A stretch of 64,000 nt of DNA from an uncultured delta proteobacterium (GTDB taxonomy: Bacteria; Desulfobacterota; Syntrophia; Syntrophales; UBA2192): assembly GCA_963705165.1 (NCBI GenBank), contig CAVPJD010000011.1, positions 128,001 to 192,000 of the forward strand. The letters are read 5' to 3'. A program made the position numbers and the translations under genes. Numbering within the stretch: the first letter of the stretch is position 1; each line of letters starts with the position of its first letter. Under the pieces are notes generated by a model. It was not told the origin of the DNA. It was given only the letters and a program-made list of their open reading frames with translations, and searched no databases. Below, piece by piece: positions 57,779 to 64,000 of this stretch.

Positions 57779-57898
57779 AATCCTCCCCAACCCCCCTTTT
57801 TCAAAGGAGGGGGCATAGGACTTCCCCCTTTGAAAAAGGGGGATAGAGGGGGATTTTCTCAAAAAATATTTGTCATTCCTGGCCTGACCAGGAATCCA
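57779..57898. repeat. REP-like cluster: inverted CCCCCTTT..AAAGG(G/A)GG units plus a family C half
   Basis: aatcctccccaacccccctttttcaaaggagggg...ttcccccttt gaaaaagggggatagagggggatt; tgtcattcctggcctgaccaggaatcca. Confidence 0.75.
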
Positions 57899-57902
57899 CT
57901 CT

Positions 57903-58931
57903 TTACTGTTTCGCGAAGATCTTCTTGAACTCTGCGCCCCACTTCTTGATCTCCTCATCGGAGAGCTCCCGGATCGGGATGACCTTGGCCTTGTCGATCC
58001 CGGCGATCGGTGGATAGACGCCCGGGGCGAGGACGTATTCACCTACCTGGTCAGCCATGATCTTCATGGCTTCCTTCGAGAGCCAGTAGTCCACGAACAA
58101 CCTCGCGGCGTTGGGATGGGGCGCCTTGGCCGCAATGCCGATCCCGCGGGGAGTCCCCATCATGGGCTGCGAAACCCTTGCCCAATCCAGCGGCGCGGGG
58201 GCCTTGGTGACGATGTACTTCGGCATGGAGATGCCGATCAGCTTCTCGCCGGTCTCGATCGGGGCCGGCGTGGGGCCGAAGGAGGCCACAAACATGGGGC
58301 TGTTGGCGGCCAGGCCCTTGAGGAACGACCTCCACTCCGCGTCGGACTTGATCACGTTCTCCTTGAGACCGACGAGCCATGAGATGGTCGTGGGGTGGGA
58401 TGCGGGATCGGCCATGACGATCTTGCCCTTCCATTTCGGGTCCACCAGTTCCTGGTAGGTCTTGGGCAGATCGGCGGGCTTGACGAGGTCCTTGTTGTAT
58501 ATCAGGGCGACATATTCGATGCCGAAGCTCTGGATCATACCGTCCTTGTTTGCCCACTTCGGGTACCCGGCCGAGGCGGGAGATACGTATGAGGCCAGCA
58601 CACCTTTCTTCATGAGCAACTCCAGCACGGGGATGGGCGCCTGCAGGACGTCGGCCGTGAGCTTGCCCGCTGAGTGTTCCGTCAGGATGGTCGCGATGAA
58701 CTTGCTCGTCGAGAGCCGCGTGTATTCTGCCTTGATGCCGTATTTTTTCTCGAAGGCCTCCATGACGGGTTCTACGGATGTCATGTTGGCATAAAACGCC
58801 ACCTTCCCCTCGGCCTTTGCCTTTTCCGCCAGGGCCTGCCCCGCCGGGGCCGCCTTCGCCGGGGGCGCCGCAAAGGCGCAGGGTGCCATTAACAGCATCA
58901 TTAAAACACCCAGGACAGCGATCTTCTTCAT
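57903..58931 (-). CDS. ABC transporter substrate-binding protein
   Basis: Signal peptide, AKAEGKVAFY, YNKDLV, DPKWKGK, APHPNAARLFVDYWLS; GAAGGAGG RBS. Confidence 0.92.
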   Translation of the reverse strand: MKKIAVLGVLMMLLMAPCAFAAPPAKAAPAGQALAEKAKAEGKVAFYANMTSVEPVMEAFEKKYGIKAEYTRLSTSKFIATILTEHSAGKLTADVLQAPIPVLELLMKKGVLASYVSPASAGYPKWANKDGMIQSFGIEYVALIYNKDLVKPADLPKTYQELVDPKWKGKIVMADPASHPTTISWLVGLKENVIKSDAEWRSFLKGLAANSPMFVASFGPTPAPIETGEKLIGISMPKYIVTKAPAPLDWARVSQPMMGTPRGIGIAAKAPHPNAARLFVDYWLSKEAMKIMADQVGEYVLAPGVYPPIAGIDKAKVIPIRELSDEEIKKWGAEFKKIFAKQ

Positions 58932-59035
58932 GGCTAAATCCTCCTTCCCCGGATGCCCCAAAACATCAGTCTTTCTCACCCGGCGCCGGTATCATAATAT
59001 GAAAAACAGCCTGCATCCACGGAATTTATTGCTTT

Positions 59036-59087
59036 GGGGCATGCCATGAAAAAATAAAACCCCACATCTCAAGGGAGAGCGGGTTTT
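59036..59087. repeat. ~52-bp direct repeat, left of cspA
   Basis: ggggcatgccatgaaaaaataaaaccccacatctcaagggagagcgggtttt. Confidence 0.7.
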
Positions 59088-59179
59088 TGTGTCTTTATGT
59101 TTCAGTTTTGCCGGACCGATCAGGAAAGGTTGGAATACAAGACGCGATCCCGTTTACCCGACTTATCAGGGGTGAATCG

Positions 59180-59214
59180 AAAAAAAGGCAGAGCCGATCA
59201 CGGCCTGCCTTTTT
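59180..59214 (-). terminator. Terminator downstream of cspA
   Basis: aaaaaaaggcag agccgatcacggc ctgccttttt. Confidence 0.65.
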
Positions 59215-59282
59215 GTTAAAATCATTGCGGCACAACGGTACGCGAATAATATTCGAGCGCCTCTCCCTTACCACACGTGAAA

Positions 59283-59480
59283 TTATAAAGGTTTCACGTT
59301 TGCAGCTGCGGGGCCCTTCGGACCCTGCTGCACATCGAAGCTGACACGCTGACCTTCCTGAAGCGTCTTGAAGCCTTCGCTTTGAATGGCACTGTGGTGC
59401 ACGAACACATCGCCACCGCCGTCCTTTTCGATAAACCCAAATCCTTTTTGCTCATTGAACCATTTTACTTTACCTTCCAT
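59283..59480 (-). CDS. cspA: Cold-shock protein (CspA family)
   Basis: [26 protein letters not shown]...[10 protein letters not shown]. Confidence 0.96.
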   Translation of the reverse strand: MEGKVKWFNEQKGFGFIEKDGGGDVFVHHSAIQSEGFKTLQEGQRVSFDVQQGPKGPAAANVKPL

Positions 59481-59616
59481 CGCGTTCACCCTCCTTGTAA
59501 AAATTTCTAAGTCGGATTTCAACAATGACAGAAGGAAAAAGGCCATCACGACAATAAGGAGCATTGTGGCCAATATTTGCACTTCGCAATGTCTTAATCC
59601 AAACTTACTTGACGGG

Positions 59617-59645
59617 ATTCTACATGGTCTTTCGTCGATAGTCAA
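59617..59645 (-). promoter_or_regulatory. Sigma-70 promoter of the csp gene, giving a ~130-nt 5' UTR
   Basis: Minus strand TTGACT-N17-TAGAAT. Confidence 0.75.
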
Positions 59646-59796
59646 AGAAAGGAAATGGGGCCACCGGGGTGGACGAGCGATCAGGCAAAGGGGCTGAAAA
59701 TTATCTTGCATTCATGAAATATAATTGTTTAATGATTCATCGATATCATACACTTATGGTGGCATCAGGTTAACCACTAACCTCCAACCCTCAACG

Positions 59797-59850
59797 GGGG
59801 CATGCCATGGATAGATAAAAACCCCGCATCTCAAATGAGAGCGGGGTTTT
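59797..59850. repeat. ~54-bp direct repeat, right of cspA
   Basis: ggggcatgccatggatagataaaaaccccgcatctcaaatgagagcggggtttt. Confidence 0.7.
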
Positions 59851-60152
59851 ATGTTTTGGTCCCGTTTTTTACAATTCGGAATTTCTGGTGCCGGACAGAA
59901 ATGTTGAAATGCCAGGCGCGACCCTGAATGAACCCTATTATCCAATACAGTCCATATTGCCTTTTGCGGGCATCCCTGTCCTTGAAACAAAAAAGCGCAA
60001 TGATTTAGCCCGTCTTTAACCATTAATCCCACTTATAAAAGTCTGCATCCGATCCATCTTGGGAAGGAGGTGAAAAACAACCTTTAACGAGGGGGTAATT
60101 TTTTCGATTCATCGACTTTAACTGTGACTGAAACAAAAAAAGGGGGACAAGT

Positions 60153-61121
60153 ATGGCTGAAGAATCGAAACTCATGACGATGAAAGAAGCTATTTCTAAA
60201 TTCGTTAGTGACGGCATGACACTTTACATAAGCGCGGTCTGGGCCAACCACGCAGCCGCGGCAGCCCACGAGATCATCAGGCAGAAAAAAAAGGATCTCA
60301 CCCTGATCGAGAGTTCGCCGGGAGAGATTTTCGATCAAATGATCGGTGCGGGATGCGCGAAGAGACTGATTCTGTCGTGGTCCGCCAACGAAGCGTTTGG
60401 AACGGGATACCGTTTTCGTAGAGCTGTCGAGAAGGGCCTGATAGAAGTTGAAGACTACTCAAACTTCGGCCTGACCGCAAAGTTAATGGCCGGCGCGATG
60501 GGTATTCCATTCATGCCGATCATGTCTCAGAAAGGGTCATCGATCAACGAAATCAGGTCCTTCCTTGGAGAAAACAAGCTGAAACATGTGGACTGCCCTT
60601 TTACCGGGCAAAAGGTAACGCTGATCTCAGGCATCAACCCCGACGTCTCCATCATCCATTGTCAACGTGCAGACCTGGAGGGTAACCTTCAGACATGGGG
60701 CTCGCTCTTTTCAGCGAAATGGGGAACTCTCGCCGGGAAAACAGTCATAGCGAGCGTGGAAGAAATTGTCGACACGGACACCATCCGGCGGAATCCGGAA
60801 TCGACGCTTGTCCCCGGGTTCAGGGTGGCAGCCGTCGTGCACGAACCGTGGGGCGCTCATCCCGGGCATCTGTTTGGATATCACGATGATGACCGTTGGT
60901 TCAGATACATGTATGCGAACTTCGTTTCCGACGATGACGTCAAGTTCAAGAAGTTCTTGGATGAATGGGTCTATGGCGTAGATGACAGGGCTGGGTATAT
61001 CGCGAATTATATCAAAAGGTATGGATACAAGAGGCTGATGAGACTGAAGCCAAAGCCGTTTTACAGCGATCCGATCAATTACGGCACCTATCCCTTCGAC
61101 ACAATGCACATGGACTTATAG
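60153..61121 (+). CDS. Family I CoA-transferase subunit A (glutaconate CoA-transferase GctA-like)
   Basis: KLMTMKEAI, HEIIRQ, AGAMGIPF, CPFTG, PDVSIIHCQRADLEGN, SVEEIV, HEPWGAHP. Confidence 0.92.
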   Translation: MAEESKLMTMKEAISKFVSDGMTLYISAVWANHAAAAAHEIIRQKKKDLTLIESSPGEIFDQMIGAGCAKRLILSWSANEAFGTGYRFRRAVEKGLIEVEDYSNFGLTAKLMAGAMGIPFMPIMSQKGSSINEIRSFLGENKLKHVDCPFTGQKVTLISGINPDVSIIHCQRADLEGNLQTWGSLFSAKWGTLAGKTVIASVEEIVDTDTIRRNPESTLVPGFRVAAVVHEPWGAHPGHLFGYHDDDRWFRYMYANFVSDDDVKFKKFLDEWVYGVDDRAGYIANYIKRYGYKRLMRLKPKPFYSDPINYGTYPFDTMHMDL

Positions 61122-61132
61122 GAGGTGGAGAC

Positions 61133-61969
61133 ATGAGCGATCAGAAATACGCCAAAGACTTTACACTGCCGGAATTGATGATTACAGCCTGTGCGAGAGA
61201 AATCAGAGACGGCGAAAGAGTGCTGATAGGGGTCGGGTTGCCGTTGCTTGGCGCCATGTTAGCCAAGAGAACCCATGCACCCAATTGCAAAATGGCATAC
61301 GAAACAGGGTCCTTCGATTCTTTACCATCGAGAACGCCCTTTAGTGTCGTGGATCCGGATTTGGTCCCCAGAGCTATTTTTGCAGGGCAATTGACGGATA
61401 TCATGGCTCTGTTCTTACAGAGAGGTTTCATCGACGTTGGTTTTGTCGGGGGAGCGCAGGTTGACAAATATGGTAATCTGAATTCGACTTGCTTCGGAGA
61501 TTACTTTAAACCCGATGTCAGGTTTCCAGGCAGTGGAGGAGCCCATGATTTTGGAGCTTTTGCCAGGAGAAGCTTGATCGTAATGGTTCACGAGAAGCGA
61601 CGGTTCGTCGAGAAATGCGATTATGTAACAACGCCCGGATATCTGAGGGGAGGAAACACCCGTTATGAAGAAGGGCTGCCGGAAGGAACCGGGCCGGCGG
61701 CTGTCATATCGACGAGAGGGGTGTTCCGATTCAGTCCCGAAACGAAAGAAATGTATTTAGAGACTTATCATCCGGGCCTCACGGTGGATTCGGTAAAAGA
61801 AAATGTTAACTGGGATCTTAAGGTATCGCCGATTATCCGGGAGACCGAACCGCCGACAGAAGAACAGATAAGAATTATCAGGGACCTCGATCCGGAAGGC
61901 TTCTTCTTGAGAAGGGGCGAGTATAACAAAAAAATGAAAGCGCAAGCAGAAAGCATGGGATGGCTCTGA
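61133..61969 (+). CDS. Family I CoA-transferase subunit B (GctB-like)
   Basis: GVGLP, HAP...YETG (catalytic Glu position), GGAQVDKYGNLNST, PGSGGAHD, RRFVEK. Confidence 0.92.
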   Translation: MSDQKYAKDFTLPELMITACAREIRDGERVLIGVGLPLLGAMLAKRTHAPNCKMAYETGSFDSLPSRTPFSVVDPDLVPRAIFAGQLTDIMALFLQRGFIDVGFVGGAQVDKYGNLNSTCFGDYFKPDVRFPGSGGAHDFGAFARRSLIVMVHEKRRFVEKCDYVTTPGYLRGGNTRYEEGLPEGTGPAAVISTRGVFRFSPETKEMYLETYHPGLTVDSVKENVNWDLKVSPIIRETEPPTEEQIRIIRDLDPEGFFLRRGEYNKKMKAQAESMGWL

Positions 61970-62099
61970 GAACTTTCTACCATCCTCATTCGCAGTACTC
62001 CGAGCCGCCTCATTTTCTGCTGTGGGGCGGCTCTTTTTCTTTCACTCTGATTGTTTTCCGGGGGAAAGTACAAAGTGGGTGTCACTGCGAAGAGGGAAA

Positions 62100-62561
62100 T
62101 TAAATAAACTTTGGCGGGAGTTTGGGTTTTCCCGGGAAGCCGAAGCCGGGCAGCACGATGACCGACGACGTGCCGTGAGCGACGAGTTTGCCGTCGTCAT
62201 TGAAGACTTCCGTCTCGCCGAGCCCCAGGGTGCGGCCCAGGCGGATTCTTTTGCCCCGGGCCGAGAGCTTCCCGTCGGCGACCGGCGCCAGGTAGTTGAC
62301 CTTGAGATCCACCGTCGTGATCCCCGCCGACTCGTCGAGCTCCCCGAAGAAGCACCAGAAGATGGCCGTGTCGACAAGCGATGCGATCACACCGCCGTGA
62401 ACGTGACCAAACATCTGCCTGTGTGCCTCCCGCGCTCCGATTTCGACAAGGGCCTCACCGACACCGAGTTCGGTGATTACCATGCCGAGGTGCCTGAAGT
62501 AGGGGCTGTCGTTTGCCATGACCGTGACGGCCTTCACGTACTCCGGATTGAGCTTTTTCAT
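62100..62561 (-). CDS. PaaI-family thioesterase
   Basis: GHVHGGVIASLVD, TVDLKVNYLAP, GKLVAHGT. Confidence 0.92.
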   Translation of the reverse strand: MKKLNPEYVKAVTVMANDSPYFRHLGMVITELGVGEALVEIGAREAHRQMFGHVHGGVIASLVDTAIFWCFFGELDESAGITTVDLKVNYLAPVADGKLSARGKRIRLGRTLGLGETEVFNDDGKLVAHGTSSVIVLPGFGFPGKPKLPPKFI

Positions 62562-62591
62562 TTTGCCTCGCTGATGCGCGTTCAAATTGGA

Positions 62592-62645
62592 CAATCTCGG
62601 AAGGCGAGATTGCCGCGTCGGCTTGACGGCCTCCTCGCAATGACA
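62592..62645. repeat. REP-like family A, partial copy
   Basis: caatctc...gagattgccgcgtcggcttgacggcctcctcgcaatgaca. Confidence 0.7.
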
Positions 62646-62657
62646 AACAGGAAACGT

Positions 62658-63161
62658 TTAATCGCAGCTCTCGGCGCTGAGCTGGCACGCTTTCTCTTTT
62701 GTCTTCTCGCGGAGCCTCGCTTCCCGGCGGGCCTGTGCCTCGCGATTGCGCCGCTGCTCCTCGGGCGTCTCCAGGATGAGGGGCGGGATGGCAATCGGTC
62801 GGCCGTTCGTGTCCAGGGCCACAAAGGTCATGTAGGCCGAAACGGTGTGGCGGGTCTTGCCGGTAAGCAGATTCTCCGCCTCGACGCGCACACCGACCTC
62901 CATGGAGCTTTTGCCCGTGTAGGTGATGCCCGCCCTCAGGGTGACCAGGTCGCCGATAAATACGGGGTGATGGAAATCGAGGCGGTCGATGGAGGCCGTC
63001 ACGCAGTTTGCCCGGGAATGCTTCACGGCAGCCGCGCCGGCGGCAGTGTCGATGAGCTTCATGATGACGCCGCCGTGTACGTTCCCGGCGGGGTTTGCGT
63101 CCTGCGGATTCATGACCTGGGCCGTCAGGATGCTGCTTTCTCGAGCTCTCTTTCCTTGCAT
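62658..63161 (-). CDS. Acyl-CoA thioesterase (YciA-type hotdog)
   Basis: DANPAGNVHGG, VTASID, TGKSSMEVGV, YMTFVALD. Confidence 0.94.
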   Translation of the reverse strand: MQGKRARESSILTAQVMNPQDANPAGNVHGGVIMKLIDTAAGAAAVKHSRANCVTASIDRLDFHHPVFIGDLVTLRAGITYTGKSSMEVGVRVEAENLLTGKTRHTVSAYMTFVALDTNGRPIAIPPLILETPEEQRRNREAQARREARLREKTKEKACQLSAESCD

Positions 63162-63351
63162 GTTTAACTCCCTCAACGCTGTTTCGGTATCGGACGCGCG
63201 GTGGTCCCTGCGGTTGTGGACAGGGTGATCCGTGACGCCCGGTGGTTATCCAGGTGGTTATATAGACGAAAGCGGCACCCCGGTCAACCCTTGCGCAGGG
63301 GACAGGGTATAGGATACAGAGAGAGAAGCCAACAGCCACCCGCGAGGCCGC

Positions 63352-63476
63352 GCGAGATCGACTACGGTCTGGCCACCCCCATCGCGCTGGCCGACGAATA
63401 CATTCTGAACACGGGCACTGTGGATGAGGCCCTGGCCGCTTTTGGCAGGATCGTCGAGCGCCACATCGCCGCGTGA
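63352..63476 (+). pseudogene. Probable C-terminal remnant of a P-loop kinase (dephospho-CoA kinase-like/UPF0200)
   Basis: REIDYGLATPIALADEYILNTGTVDEAL...* with coding-like codon usage; no start or P-loop upstream. Confidence 0.45.
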
Positions 63477-63481
63477 GTCCC

Positions 63482-64000
63482 TCACAGCAGGGAACGGCCG
63501 CCCGCGTAATGCTTGCTGTAGTACTTGCTGTCGAGCGAGTCGATGCCGATCTTCTTCCCCCGGCCGGGCGCGTGGATGAAGCGCCCGCTGCCGATGTAGA
63601 CCCCCACGTGGGAAACCTTGCCTGAATTGTTGGTGTTGAAAAAAACCAGGTCGCCCTTTTCGAGCTTGCTCCTGCTGACGGGGACGCCCATCTCGGACTG
63701 CTCCCGGGAGGAGTGTGGCAGCATGAGGCCGTTGTACTGGTAGATAGCCATGGTCAAGCCGCTGCAATCGAAGCCCTCGTCCGCAGAGTCGCCGCCCCAC
63801 AGGTAGGGGACACCGATGAAGCTCCTTGCCGTTCTCGTGATCTCGTCCCGCACATACTGCTCGCCCTTTTCTTCTTTCAGGGCGATGGCATAGTCGCGGG
63901 GGTTGGCAATCCAGTACTCCTCAATGATGCCTTTGTCCACAAGGCGCCGGGCCCGCGCCGCCGCGTCCTCGGCCGACCTGAAGTTGCCGAAGCGCACCTT
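63482..64000 (-). CDS. NlpC/P60 peptidoglycan endopeptidase with preceding SPOR-like domain; 5' end beyond the window
   Basis: GVPYLWGG, GFDCSGL, GDLVFF, SHVGVYIG, FIHAP; upstream VRFGNF..AEDA. Confidence 0.93.
   Translation of the reverse strand, partial: KVRFGNFRSAEDAAARARRLVDKGIIEEYWIANPRDYAIALKEEKGEQYVRDEITRTARSFIGVPYLWGGDSADEGFDCSGLTMAIYQYNGLMLPHSSREQSEMGVPVSRSKLEKGDLVFFNTNNSGKVSHVGVYIGSGRFIHAPGRGKKIGIDSLDSKYYSKHYAGGRSLL

Noticed and set aside
59029..59046. Sigma-54 promoter for the ABC operon (TGGCATG...)
   Set aside because: GG to GC spacing is 11, not 10, and the TGGCAT is part of the direct repeat

Overview
GC-rich bacterial chromosomal segment. Gene content (several sigma-54 enhancer-binding proteins, HDOD kinase, rubrerythrin-like proteins, family I CoA-transferase, acyl-CoA thioesterases) points to an anaerobic Desulfobacterota/deltaproteobacterium, possibly Syntrophales-like (inference). 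The core is a ~28 kb type IV pilus locus (13971-41958) with MSHA-like gene order: two tandem pilT paralogues, an ECF sigma/anti-sigma pair ahead of minor pilins, an inserted glycosylation cluster (2 GT2, WecB, flippase-like, TMTC-like GT-C/TPR), two major pilins, a membrane-anchored sigma-54 activator, pilC, MshEN-pilB, exeA/mshM, lipoprotein secretin, pilP/mshK-like, pilO and a pilM-pilN fusion. The most unusual items are: (1) a 1223-aa prepilin polyprotein with two class III signal peptides separated by an internal CFI-box-CTERM domain; (2) a receiver-less, two-TM/HAMP-like sigma-54 activator directly upstream of a sigma-54 pilin promoter, a possible one-component PilS/PilR substitute; (3) a ~170-nt sigma-54 transcription unit with no convincing ORF and an anti-Shine-Dalgarno stretch, divergent from a ZraSR-like system. 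Flanks hold signalling, metabolic and transport genes. Intergenic DNA carries many 7-9-mer tandem arrays and several REP-like palindrome families. No rRNA, tRNA, CRISPR array or transposase gene was recognised. All calls come from motif recognition by eye; no database searches were run.
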